Part shown: piece by piece, positions 45,902-55,355 of the stretch
Layout: each line of letters starts with the position of its first letter
Numbering within the stretch: the first letter of the stretch is position 1
Assembly: GCA_027531565.1 (NCBI GenBank)
Contig: JAPZSB010000008.1
Location: forward strand, 148,350-212,349
From: Beijerinckiaceae bacterium
GTDB lineage: Bacteria; Pseudomonadota; Alphaproteobacteria; Rhizobiales; Beijerinckiaceae
Direction: 5' to 3'
Length of the DNA: 64,000 nucleotides
Program-made: the position numbers and the translations under genes
The notes under the pieces: model-generated
The model's input: only the letters and a program-made list of their open reading frames with translations
The model's database searches: none
What the model was told of the DNA's origin: nothing

Positions 45902-47143
45902 TCAGGCCCGCCGGTACACGATCTGCCGGACGTCGATCGTGGCGACATCGAACCCCGCCTCGCAATAGCAGAGATAGTAGCGCCAGAGACGGCGGAACCG
46001 CTCGTCGAAGCCCATCGGCAGCAGCCGCGGCCAGGCCTGTTCGAAATTGTCACGCCATTGCCGCAGCGTCTCGGCATAGTCTCCGCCGAACACGCGCTCG
46101 CCCTCCAGCTTGAGGCCGACATCGCGCGCCAGTTCGCCGAGGCGGGAGGGGGAGGGCAGCATGCCGCCCGGGAAGATGTGTCGCCGGATGAAATCGACGT
46201 TCTTCCGGTAATCCTCGAAGAAATGGTCGGGGATCGTGATGATCTGCAGCCCGGCCGTGCCGCCCGGCTTCAGCCGCTCCCGGAGCGTCCGGAAGAAATG
46301 CGGCCAGTAGCTCTCCCCGACCGCCTCGAACATCTCGATCGAGCCGATCCGGTCATAGGTGCCGGTCTCGTCCCGGTAATCCTGGAAGCGGATCTCGACC
46401 TTGTCGGACAGGCCGGCTTGGGCAATGCGCTCGCGCGCATAGTCGAATTGCTCTCGGCTGATCGTGAGCGCGGTCACGCGGGCCGAGCGTTCCCGGGCCA
46501 GGAATTCCGCGAAACCGCCCCAGCCGCAGCCGATCTCGAGCACGTGATCGCCCGGCCGCACGCCCATGGCATCGGCGAGGACGCGGTATTTCCGGTCCTG
46601 CGCGGCGGTCAGATCGTTGTCGCCCGGCTCGAAGATCGCCGAGGAATAGGTCATGCCCCGGTCGAGCCAGCTGGCGTAGAAGCGGTTGCCGAGGTCGTAA
46701 TGCGCCGAGATGTTCCGCTTCGACCCCGATTTCGTGTTCCGGTTGAGCACGAGATGGCGGAGCCGCAGCGCGAACCGCGCCAGCGGTGACCGTTCGAGGA
46801 AATTGTCGACGAGATCGGCATTGGACGCGAACAGCGCGACAACGGCGGTCACGTCGGGGCTGTCCCAGTCCCCATCGCGGTATGTTTCGCCAAGGCCGAC
46901 ATCCCCTGCGAACATCACGCGGCGCGCGAAACGCCAGTTCAGCACGCGCAGTTCGGCCTCCGGGCCGGCTTCCGGTCCGGCAATCCGGAAATGCTGCCCG
47001 GTCGGCAGGATGAAATCGATCCGGCCGCGCCGGATTCCCGTGGCAAAGCGCAAGGCGGCCTGCATCGTGCGCGGCAGGCCCTGCGTGGCCTTGCCGACAT
47101 TCCCGGCCGTCAGCACAACGGGTTGCTGTGTTTCAGGCTGCAT
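45902..47143 (-). CDS. cfa: Cyclopropane-fatty-acyl-phospholipid synthase
   Basis: NISAHYDLGNRFYASWLD, VLEIGCGWGGFAEFLA (SAM motif), YYLCYCEAGF tail. Start at MQPETQQ (47143). Confidence 0.9.
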   Translation of the reverse strand: MQPETQQPVVLTAGNVGKATQGLPRTMQAALRFATGIRRGRIDFILPTGQHFRIAGPEAGPEAELRVLNWRFARRVMFAGDVGLGETYRDGDWDSPDVTAVVALFASNADLVDNFLERSPLARFALRLRHLVLNRNTKSGSKRNISAHYDLGNRFYASWLDRGMTYSSAIFEPGDNDLTAAQDRKYRVLADAMGVRPGDHVLEIGCGWGGFAEFLARERSARVTALTISREQFDYARERIAQAGLSDKVEIRFQDYRDETGTYDRIGSIEMFEAVGESYWPHFFRTLRERLKPGGTAGLQIITIPDHFFEDYRKNVDFIRRHIFPGGMLPSPSRLGELARDVGLKLEGERVFGGDYAETLRQWRDNFEQAWPRLLPMGFDERFRRLWRYYLCYCEAGFDVATIDVRQIVYRRA

Positions 47144-48014
47144 GTCCGGTCTCCCCTGGCCCGGTTGTGCCGGGCTTCGTCCCCAAATGATAGCCGTCCA
47201 GAAACCGCCCGTCATGACTGATGGCCGGCGGGCGCGCCGGACGGGAGAAAAAGCGTATCCCCTTCAGCCAGAGCCGCAAGGCCTCGAAATGGATCCCGGC
47301 GACGACCTTCAGGGTCATCAGCGGCATCCTGAAGGTCAGGCGCAGGCAGGCACGATCGGTGATCGGCTCGGGCTGGCCGGTGAAGGTCGCGGCCAGCATC
47401 GGCCCGGCGGGATCCGTTTCGAGAATCCGCAGGCTGAGTCGTTCGCCGCCCGGCGGCAAGACCCGGAAGAGATACCGCATGGTCTGGTCGAGGAAGGGCG
47501 AGACATAGAACAGCTTGCTCGCGCTCTGCCGAAGGCCGGCGGGGCTGATCTCGCCCTGCCGCACCGGCGCGACATAGGAATGCCGTTCGCCGAACGTGTT
47601 CCGCACCTCATAGACCACGCCGATGAGCCGGTCGCCCGCCCCATAGGCGAAATAGACGGAGAGCGGATTGAACACGAAACCCATAACCCTAGGATAGCAA
47701 AGAAGAAAAACCTTCTCCACCGACTCGGCCAGACCGGCCTCTTCCAGCATACGGGGGATCGCCCGGCGTGGATCATCGCCCGGACGGGGCCCGTGCGGCC
47801 TCAGGTCGAACCCGATCAGGTTGAACCGCCCGACCGAGAAGAACCGCGACAGCCGGCCGGCTTCCTCCAGCCGGTCGAGATCGACCAGCAACGAGAAGAC
47901 CTGATACTGGAAACGATGCGGAACCGGCCGGAACCGGGCATGCATCACCGGGCCGACATAGAAGACGGCCGGAACATCCGGCGGCGGAAAGGCCATGTCG
48001 TCGGCGCGTGTCAT
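47133..48014 (-). CDS. DUF1365 family protein
   Basis: VMHARFRPVPHRFQYQVFSLLVDLD is the DUF1365 signature. Conserved neighbour of cfa and the amine-oxidase gene. Confidence 0.85.
   Translation of the reverse strand: MTRADDMAFPPPDVPAVFYVGPVMHARFRPVPHRFQYQVFSLLVDLDRLEEAGRLSRFFSVGRFNLIGFDLRPHGPRPGDDPRRAIPRMLEEAGLAESVEKVFLLCYPRVMGFVFNPLSVYFAYGAGDRLIGVVYEVRNTFGERHSYVAPVRQGEISPAGLRQSASKLFYVSPFLDQTMRYLFRVLPPGGERLSLRILETDPAGPMLAATFTGQPEPITDRACLRLTFRMPLMTLKVVAGIHFEALRLWLKGIRFFSRPARPPAISHDGRFLDGYHLGTKPGTTGPGETGHAA
47750..47775 (-). promoter_or_regulatory. Second TGATCC-N16-CGTA motif, internal to the DUF1365 gene
   Basis: The minus strand reads TGATCC acgccgggcgatcccc CGTA. It has the same architecture as the motif at 44250 and is oriented toward cfa. 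Confidence 0.35.
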
Positions 48015-48024
48015 CGGGCTCCCT

Positions 48025-49326
48025 TCAGGCGACAGCCTGATCGGCGGCCACGCGATGGCCGGCATGGTCGGCAATCAGCCGCGCCGCCGCATCGAAGCCG
48101 GCCCGCAGGCCATCCTCGTGGAAACCATACCCCATCCAGGCCCCGGCGAAATACAGCTTTCCACGGCCCTGCAGCCCCGGTATCCGGCCCTGCGCGGTGA
48201 TCGCCGCCTGGTCGTATTGCGGATGGGCATAGCGGTAATGGCCGAACACCATGCCTTCCGCCGGCGGCTCCGGCGGGTTGAGCGTGACGAAGAGCGGCCG
48301 GGCCGGGTCGATTCCCTGCAGCCGGTTCATCCAGTAGGTCACGGTCACCGGGGCGGCATCACGCGCCGGCTTCCTCAGCACGTTCCATGCGGCCCAGGCC
48401 CGCTTGCGCCGTGGCATCAAGGCCGGGTCGCGATGGAGAAACACATCGGCCTCGGCATAGCGGATATCGGCGACAACCGCCGCTTCCTCGGGCCAGTGGG
48501 CGGCGATCAGTTCGGCCGTGGTGTCGGAATGGGTGGCCATCACGACGGCATCGAAAGGCTCGATCCGGCCGCTTTCCAGCACGATCCGCACGCCGTTGCC
48601 GTCGCGCTGCACTTCGAGCACGGGATCGCCATAGACCGTCTGGTGACCCGAGCGGCCGACCAGCGCCCGCACATAGTTCCGGCTGCCTCCGGTCACGGTG
48701 CGCCAGCGCGGCCGCGAGACATGCAGCAGCCGGTGGTTGTTGAAGAAGGCCACGAAACTCTGCGCCGGGAAATCCAGGACCGCGGAGGAGGGCATCGACC
48801 AGATCGCGGCGCCCATGGGCAGGATGTAATTGTCGCGGAAATAATCGCCATAGCCGCCGGCGGCGATGTAATCGCCCAGCCGGATGCCGGCGAGCCGGCC
48901 GGCCTCGAGATCCTTCACGGCCCGCGCGTTGAAGCGCATCATGTCGGCCAGCATCCGCCAGAAGGCGGGCCGTAGCGCGTTGGAGGGCTGTGCGAACATC
49001 GAGGCAAGCACATCCTTGTCCTGGCCCGACCATTCGAAGGCACCGTCATCCAGCGACAGGGCAAAGCCCATATCGGAGAGCTGTGTCTCGACGCCGAGTT
49101 CGGCGAACAGGGCCGTCATCAGCGGATAGTTCAGCTCGTTATAGACGATGAACCCGGTATCGACAGAAATCGGCGTCCCGTCATAGACAATGTCCACCGT
49201 CGCGCTGTGCCCCCCGGGGCGGTTTTCCTTCTCGAAGACGGTAACGGCGGCAGCTCCGTAGGCCTTGGTCAACTGGTAGGCGGCGCCATGGCCGGCAATG
49301 CCGCTCCCGATAATCGCAATACGCAA
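48025..49326 (-). CDS. FAD-dependent oxidoreductase (amine-oxidase-like)
   Basis: RIAIIGSGIAGHGAAYQL is a dinucleotide-binding fold. The proposed TTG start at 49326 has an AAGGA Shine-Dalgarno and lies 9 nt after the photolyase stop. Confidence 0.8.
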   Translation of the reverse strand: MRIAIIGSGIAGHGAAYQLTKAYGAAAVTVFEKENRPGGHSATVDIVYDGTPISVDTGFIVYNELNYPLMTALFAELGVETQLSDMGFALSLDDGAFEWSGQDKDVLASMFAQPSNALRPAFWRMLADMMRFNARAVKDLEAGRLAGIRLGDYIAAGGYGDYFRDNYILPMGAAIWSMPSSAVLDFPAQSFVAFFNNHRLLHVSRPRWRTVTGGSRNYVRALVGRSGHQTVYGDPVLEVQRDGNGVRIVLESGRIEPFDAVVMATHSDTTAELIAAHWPEEAAVVADIRYAEADVFLHRDPALMPRRKRAWAAWNVLRKPARDAAPVTVTYWMNRLQGIDPARPLFVTLNPPEPPAEGMVFGHYRYAHPQYDQAAITAQGRIPGLQGRGKLYFAGAWMGYGFHEDGLRAGFDAAARLIADHAGHRVAADQAVA

Positions 49327-49337
49327 GGCGTGTCCTT

Positions 49338-50825
49338 TCAAAGAGACTCCCCGGAGAGGGACTGGAAGGCGGCAAGCGCACGCTGGCGGGCATGTTCGTG
49401 CTGGACCACCGGTTTCGGATAGGTCTGTCCCAGCATGATACCCGCAGCCTGCCGGATCGGATGCGGCGCTTCCCACGGTTTGTGGATGAACTTGTCCGGA
49501 AGCCGGGCCAGTTCCGGAACGAATTTACGGACATAGACGCCGTCCGGATCGAATTTCTCCCCCTGCGTGACCGGATTGAAGATCCGGAAATACGGCGCCG
49601 CATCGGCGCCCGACCCCGCGACCCATTGCCAGCTTGCCGCATTGTTCGCCGGATCCGCATCGCACAGCGTATCCCAGAACCAGCTTTCGCCAAGCCGCCA
49701 ATCGATCATCAGGTGCTTGATCAGGAAGGATGCGACAATCATCCGCACCCGGTTATGCATGAAACCGGTCTGCCAGAGTTCGCGCATGCCGGCATCGACG
49801 ATCGGATAGCCCGTCAGGCCGCGCTGCCAGGCCGCGAGACCCGCCGGATCGTCCTGCCACGGAAAGGCATCGAATTTCGGCTGGTAGTTCGCCGTCGGCA
49901 GTGTCGGGAAATGGAACAGCAGGTGATGCGAGAATTCCCGCCAGCCCAGCTCGGAGAAGAATTTCCCGATATCCTCTTCATTGCCCGCCGCCTGCCCGGC
50001 CATCCGCGCGGCTTCGGTGGCGTGCCAGATCTGGCGGGGCGAGATCTCGCCGAAGGCCAGATGCGGCGAGAGCCGCGAGGTGGAGACAGAATCTGGCCGG
50101 TTGCGGTTCTCGCCATAATCGCGGAGCGGCCCGGACAGGAACTCCGCCAGTCTTGCCGAAGCCCCGGCCTCGCCCGGCTGCCAGCTGGCGCGGAGCCCTC
50201 CCGCCCAGTCCGGCCGGGTCGGCAGCAGCTCGAGCGCGGCCAGCGGGACGGCACCTTCCGGCATCACCGGCACGGGGGGCGGCAGCCTCTCCGGCGCGGC
50301 GACCGGCCGGGCTGGGTCCCTCAGGGCCCGGCAGGCCCGCCAGAACGGCGTGAACACCCGCATCGGGCCGCCGGCCTTCGAGCGGATCTCCATCGGCTCG
50401 TAGAGCAGGGCGCCGTTGAAGCTCTCGGCGATCACGCCATCGGCCTTGAGGGCTGCCTTGATGCCGGCATCCAGGTCCCGCTCGGGCTGGCCGTAGCGCC
50501 GGTTCCAGAACACGCGGCCCGCGCCGGCCTGTCGGGCGAGAGCCGGAATGATCTGCCGCGAATCCCCCTTGAGGATCAGCAGCGTCTGGCCCCGTTCCGC
50601 GAGGCTGCGCCCGAGGCTCGCCAGCGAATGATGCAGCCACCAGCGGCTGGCGCCGCCGCGCGGCCGAAGCCCGTCCTGCATTTCCTCGACGAAGACGAAC
50701 AGCGCTTCCCGTGCCGCGAGGGCGGCGGTGACGGCGGGGTTGTCGGTGAGGCGGAGATCGCTGCGGAACCAGACGAGGGCCCGGTCGGGCGAGGGGGCGA
50801 CAAAAGCAGAGGCGAGGCGTGTCAT
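49338..50825 (-). CDS. phrB: Deoxyribodipyrimidine photolyase (class I CPD type)
   Basis: LVWFRSDLRLTDNPA, GWREF, TGYPIVDAGMREL, HNRVRMIVASFL, DADPANNAASWQW. Start at MTRLASAF (50825); 50843 is also possible. Confidence 0.92.
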   Translation of the reverse strand: MTRLASAFVAPSPDRALVWFRSDLRLTDNPAVTAALAAREALFVFVEEMQDGLRPRGGASRWWLHHSLASLGRSLAERGQTLLILKGDSRQIIPALARQAGAGRVFWNRRYGQPERDLDAGIKAALKADGVIAESFNGALLYEPMEIRSKAGGPMRVFTPFWRACRALRDPARPVAAPERLPPPVPVMPEGAVPLAALELLPTRPDWAGGLRASWQPGEAGASARLAEFLSGPLRDYGENRNRPDSVSTSRLSPHLAFGEISPRQIWHATEAARMAGQAAGNEEDIGKFFSELGWREFSHHLLFHFPTLPTANYQPKFDAFPWQDDPAGLAAWQRGLTGYPIVDAGMRELWQTGFMHNRVRMIVASFLIKHLMIDWRLGESWFWDTLCDADPANNAASWQWVAGSGADAAPYFRIFNPVTQGEKFDPDGVYVRKFVPELARLPDKFIHKPWEAPHPIRQAAGIMLGQTYPKPVVQHEHARQRALAAFQSLSGESL

Positions 50826-50944
50826 CGCCCCGAGATATCGCATCGCGCTGCAAAGGAAAGGCCGTCGCGGCAATGTGAATCGCGCCGCCGGGCCGCCATG
50901 CTAGTCTCTGTCGCGGTGCCATGAGGCTGTTGGGAGGCTGGCCG

Positions 50945-51616
50945 ATGATCGGGACGCGGAGAGGGATGATCGCGCTTTCGGCCGGTGCCGTGTGCCTGCT
51001 GCCGCTGGCGGCCCGCGCCGGCGACCAGGCTTCCGCGCTGGCCATGATCCACGCCGCCGCGTCCGGCGATGCCGATGCGGTCGCGCGGTTCCTCGGTATC
51101 GGCGTGCCCGTGGATGTGCGCGACAGGACCGGCCGGACGGCCCTGCTGGCCGCGGTCCAGGGCAATCATGTCGAGGTGGCGCGCATCCTGATCCAGGCCG
51201 GTGCCGATGTGAATGCGAAGGATTCGATCAGCGATTCACCCTTCCTTCTTGCCGGCGCAAGGGGCCGGCTCGAGATTCTCGAGATGACGCTGGCCCATGG
51301 CGCGGACCTCGCCTCGACCAATCGCTATGGCGGCACGGCGCTGATCCCGGCCTGCCATTACGGCCATGTCGAGGTGGTTTACCGGCTGCTCAAGACCTCC
51401 ATCAATGTCAACCACGTCAACCGCCTCGGCTGGACGGCCCTGCTGGAGGCGGTCATCCTCGGCGATGGCGGTCCGGCCTATGTCGAGATTGTCGACGCCC
51501 TGCTCGAAGCCGGTGCGGATCCGCGCCTTGCCGATCGCGAGGGCGTGACGCCGCTCGACCATGCGCGGCGCCGCGGCTTCCGGCTGATCGCCGCGCTCAT
51601 CGAGAAGAAGGTCTGA
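50945..51616 (+). CDS. Secreted ankyrin-repeat protein
   Basis: Signal-like N-terminus MIGTRRGMIALSAGAVCLLPLAARA. About five ANK repeats (GRTALLAAVQGNHVEVARILIQAGADVN etc.). GGGAGG Shine-Dalgarno 7 nt upstream of 50945. Confidence 0.8.
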   Translation: MIGTRRGMIALSAGAVCLLPLAARAGDQASALAMIHAAASGDADAVARFLGIGVPVDVRDRTGRTALLAAVQGNHVEVARILIQAGADVNAKDSISDSPFLLAGARGRLEILEMTLAHGADLASTNRYGGTALIPACHYGHVEVVYRLLKTSINVNHVNRLGWTALLEAVILGDGGPAYVEIVDALLEAGADPRLADREGVTPLDHARRRGFRLIAALIEKKV

Positions 51617-51652
51617 GAAACCCGGTTCCGGCACCGGCCGGTCTGGATGGCC

Positions 51653-52681
51653 TCAAGGGTCCAGATGGACGGGCAGGCCGGTCCGGCCTGTTTCCAGCAG
51701 GGCATCGATCACCCGGTGGACATGCAGCACCTCCCGGCCGGGAATGCGCGGCGGCCGCTTCCCGCGCAGCGATGCGGCGAAATCGGCGATCACGCCCCGG
51801 TGGTAATCATGCGGGAAGGCCATCGGATCCGCGCCTGTTCCGCCGGGGGAAGCGTCCGGACGGACGGTTTCATGCCCGCCATCATGGGTATGGATATCGA
51901 GCGAGGAGCCGGCGAGGATCGCCGTCCCGTGCCGGCAGATCAGCTCGATCCGCTCCGGAAACCCGGGAAAACAGGCGGTGGTCGCATCCAGCGTTCCCAC
52001 CGCTCCGGAGGCGAAGCGCAGGCTGGCCGTCACAAGGTCTTCGGTTTCCATCCGGTGGACGGGGCTGGTCAGCGCATCGCCGCAGACCCGGCTCACCGGC
52101 CCGGCCAGGCTGATCATCAGGTCCAGCGTATGGATCCCCTGCGTCAGCAGCACACCGCCGCCGTCCCGCGCCCGCGTGCCCCGGCCGGGCTCGTCGTAAT
52201 AGGCTTGCGGCCGCCAGAGCGGGATGGCCGCGCTGCACCGGATCACCGGCCCGAGGCGACCCTCCCGGAGGCGGGCCGCAAGGCGTTCCGCCGCCGGCTT
52301 GAACCGGTGCTGGAGCATGATCGCCAGCGTCACGCCGGCCCGCTCGCACGCCGTGACCAGCCTCTCCGCCCGGGCTGTCGAGATGTCGAGCGGCTTTTCC
52401 AGCAGGATGGCCTTGCCCGTGGCGGCGATGCGCTCGACCAGTTCGAGATGGGTGTTCGGCGGGGTCAGCACCATCACGGCGTCGAGACCCGGGTCCTCGA
52501 TGATGTCCTCGATCCGCCCGCAGGTGGGAAAGCCGAACGCCTGCGAGAAACCGGCCCGCCGCGTCTCGCTGGGGCTGAAGGCATGCACGAGCTCGATCTC
52601 GTCGGCGAGATCCTGCAGGCTCCGGGCATGCGGTGCCACCGCCATGCCGAGGCCGATCATTCCGAAGCGCAGGCGTGTCAT
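51653..52681 (-). CDS. Gfo/Idh/MocA family oxidoreductase
   Basis: LRFGMIGLGMAVAPH Rossmann start and the EKPL motif (AILLEKPLD). Confidence 0.85.
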   Translation of the reverse strand: MTRLRFGMIGLGMAVAPHARSLQDLADEIELVHAFSPSETRRAGFSQAFGFPTCGRIEDIIEDPGLDAVMVLTPPNTHLELVERIAATGKAILLEKPLDISTARAERLVTACERAGVTLAIMLQHRFKPAAERLAARLREGRLGPVIRCSAAIPLWRPQAYYDEPGRGTRARDGGGVLLTQGIHTLDLMISLAGPVSRVCGDALTSPVHRMETEDLVTASLRFASGAVGTLDATTACFPGFPERIELICRHGTAILAGSSLDIHTHDGGHETVRPDASPGGTGADPMAFPHDYHRGVIADFAASLRGKRPPRIPGREVLHVHRVIDALLETGRTGLPVHLDP

Positions 52682-52917
52682 CGGGCTGCTTTCCTGCCAC
52701 CACCAAGGGGCGATGCAGTCGAAACGGTTCGCCCCGGGGCGTCAAGCGGGCGCGCCGCCGGTTCGCCGCCACAAAATGAGACGCTGGGATATGGGCGGTT
52801 TCGGGGTTGAACGGCAGCCTTCGATCAGGCGCGGCTGAAGATCGCGCTGCGAGGCGAGCAGGCCCGGAAACGGCGTTACGGCCGAAGGGACCTGCCACGT
52901 CACAGGGAGGAACACCT

Positions 52918-54183
52918 ATGCGCAAGACTTTGCTCGGAGCCGTTGCGATCACCGCCCTCATGCTGCCCGGCGCAGCCATGGCGCAGGGCGGCACCATCAA
53001 GATCGGCATTCTCGTCGCGCTTGAAGGCGCGTTCGCGACCGGGGGCCAGGATGGCGTCCGCAACGTCGAACTCGCCCTCAAGCAGATCAACAACACCATT
53101 GCCGGCAAGAAGGTGGAGACGGTCGTCGCGCCGACCGACACCAAGCCGGACACCACCATCCGCATGGCGCGCAAGCTGATCGAACAGGACAAGGTCGACA
53201 TCATCATCGGCCCGCTTTCCGGCTCGGAAGGCATCGCGATGCGCGATTTCGCCAAGACCATTCCCAACAACGTGGTGATCAACGGGATTTCCGGTGCGCT
53301 GGAGACCACCTGGGTCGATCCCGCACCGAATTTCTACCGGTTCAATCTCGATGGCGCCCAATGGGGCTACGGCCTTGGCTCCTATGCGGTCAAGACCAAG
53401 GGCTTCAAGCGGATCGCCACCATCGCCGCGGATTACTCGTTCGGCTACACGAACTTCATGGGCTTCGCGGTCGATTACTGCAAGGCGGGCGGTGATATAG
53501 TCCAGCGCTTCTGGCAGCCGCTCGGCCAGTCCGATTTCGGCGGCATCATCGCCCAGCTGCCGGAAAACGTGGATGCGATCTATCTCGGCCTCGGCGGCAC
53601 CGACGCGATCAACTTCCTCAACCAGTATCAGCAGGCCGGCGAGAAGACCCGCCTGATCGGCGGCACCATCCTCGCCGACCAGACCGTGCTGACGGCCCGT
53701 GGCAAGGCCAAGGACGCGCTCAAGGGCACGCCGGTTTCCGGCCCCTTCGCGGCCGACAACAAGGATCCGGCCTGGACCTCCTACGTGAAGCTCTACCAGG
53801 ACTCGTTCCCGGCCAACCAGCGCCTGCCGTCGCCGTCGCTCTTCGGCCTGGGCTACTACACGGCCACGCTCGCGGCCATCAAGGGGCTGGAAGCAGCCGG
53901 CGGTGACCTGTCGAATGGCCAGGCCAAGTTCAAGGAAGCCCTCAACAAGCTCCAGCTGGACAGCCCGGTCGGCAAGATCACGCTCAACGAGAACCGCCAG
54001 GCGACCGGCACGGTGTTCATCAACGAGGTGGTTGACGGGCCGGATGGCAACATGACCACCAAGATGGTGGCGAAGTCCGACAACGTCACCCAGACCCTGG
54101 GCATGACGGCGGAACAGTTCCGCGCCCTCGGCCTGCCGTCACGCAACGTGGTGGATTGCGCCAAGCTGCGCTCGGGCGGCTGA
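52918..54183 (+). CDS. ABC transporter substrate-binding protein (LivJ/Peripla_BP_6-like)
   Basis: Signal peptide MRKTLLGAVAITALMLPGAAMAQ, then IKIGILVALEGAFATGGQDG. GGGAGG Shine-Dalgarno upstream. Confidence 0.85.
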   Translation: MRKTLLGAVAITALMLPGAAMAQGGTIKIGILVALEGAFATGGQDGVRNVELALKQINNTIAGKKVETVVAPTDTKPDTTIRMARKLIEQDKVDIIIGPLSGSEGIAMRDFAKTIPNNVVINGISGALETTWVDPAPNFYRFNLDGAQWGYGLGSYAVKTKGFKRIATIAADYSFGYTNFMGFAVDYCKAGGDIVQRFWQPLGQSDFGGIIAQLPENVDAIYLGLGGTDAINFLNQYQQAGEKTRLIGGTILADQTVLTARGKAKDALKGTPVSGPFAADNKDPAWTSYVKLYQDSFPANQRLPSPSLFGLGYYTATLAAIKGLEAAGGDLSNGQAKFKEALNKLQLDSPVGKITLNENRQATGTVFINEVVDGPDGNMTTKMVAKSDNVTQTLGMTAEQFRALGLPSRNVVDCAKLRSGG

Positions 54184-54299
54184 ACCGCCTCCCTCATCGA
54201 CACGCTGACATGCGGCTGGCCCTCCCGGGCCAGCCGTTCTCTCCTTCGCGAAGACCAGAAACGGGCGGCATCAGATCGCCCTCGCCGGGAGTGTTGCCG

Positions 54300-55355
54300 A
54301 TGACCCTGATAGGCTATCTGACCCGGACCCATTTTGCCGAGGCGGCCATCGAGGATGCGCTGCCCGAGGAAGCCGGCGCGCTCTCGGAAGCCCTGGTGCT
54401 GGCCGACGACGAGCCCGGCGCCGGCGCTGCGCTCGAGCGGGTCCGCGAGGCGCTCGACCGGATCCCGCTGACGGTCCATGTCCTTCCGCCCGGCGCACCG
54501 TCGCGCGGGGAGACCCGCGCCCTCATCGCCCGCCTGCGGCAGGTCGGCACCTCGACCTTGCTCGCTGTCGGCGGGGCCCAGGCGGTCGGTCAGGCCCGGC
54601 TGGTGGCCGCCGAGGCGTCCCGGCAGGGCGATCGGCTGACCGTCATCGCCGTGCCGGTCGGGCTGTTCGATCTCGGCCTCGGCCGCCATGTCCGGCCCCG
54701 CGATGGCCGTCCGGCGCCGTGTCCGCGCCCTGACCGGGTGATCGTCGATCCGACCGTGCTGGAACAGGTGCCGATCCGCCGGATCGCCGCTTCGGCCATG
54801 GAGATCATGGTCCATGCGATCGAGGCCTATGCGAGCCCGAGCTACAACCCGCCGGCCGATGGCCTCGCCCTCGAGGCGGTGCGCCGCATGACGCATTGGC
54901 TGCCGGTTGTTCTGGACGTGCCCGGCCATCGCGAGGCGCGGCGCGAGATCATGGCGGCGGCGATGACGGCTGGGCTCGCGCTCGAAAAGGCCGTGGGCGG
55001 CGTCGATGCGCTGGCCTTTCCCATCGAACCGGAGCTGCAATCCGGCTTCCTGCCGGGGGATCTTCACGCCCCGCTTCTCGCGGCCATGGCCGATTTCAAT
55101 GCGCAGGCGGTCGGGGAGCGCTATGCCGCCCTCGCCGTGACGCTGGCCCGGCGCGACGGGCAGGTCTCGCTCAGCACGGAGATCGGGGCTTTCGCGCGCG
55201 GCCTCGGCCTGCCGACGAGCCTGCGCGAGATTGGCATCGACCGCCGCCGCTTCGACCGTTTTGCCGAGATGGCGGCAAATGATCCCGCCGCTCTGGCCAA
55301 CCCGCGCCGCCTCACCCCGGGCGACTGCCGATTGATCCTCGAGGCCGCATGGTGA
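54300..55355 (+). CDS. Iron-containing alcohol dehydrogenase family protein (divergent)
   Basis: Fe-ADH-like blocks (LLAVGGAQAVG, VIVDPTVL, MEIMVHAIEAY), but several canonical motif positions look substituted. Confidence 0.65.
   Translation: MTLIGYLTRTHFAEAAIEDALPEEAGALSEALVLADDEPGAGAALERVREALDRIPLTVHVLPPGAPSRGETRALIARLRQVGTSTLLAVGGAQAVGQARLVAAEASRQGDRLTVIAVPVGLFDLGLGRHVRPRDGRPAPCPRPDRVIVDPTVLEQVPIRRIAASAMEIMVHAIEAYASPSYNPPADGLALEAVRRMTHWLPVVLDVPGHREARREIMAAAMTAGLALEKAVGGVDALAFPIEPELQSGFLPGDLHAPLLAAMADFNAQAVGERYAALAVTLARRDGQVSLSTEIGAFARGLGLPTSLREIGIDRRRFDRFAEMAANDPAALANPRRLTPGDCRLILEAAW

Noticed and set aside
50826-50940. Sigma-E-type promoter upstream of the photolyase operon
   Set aside because: I read the minus strand of this interval and found no TGATCC or CGTA pair at appropriate spacing. 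The best partial match (GATTCA) lacks the -10 element.
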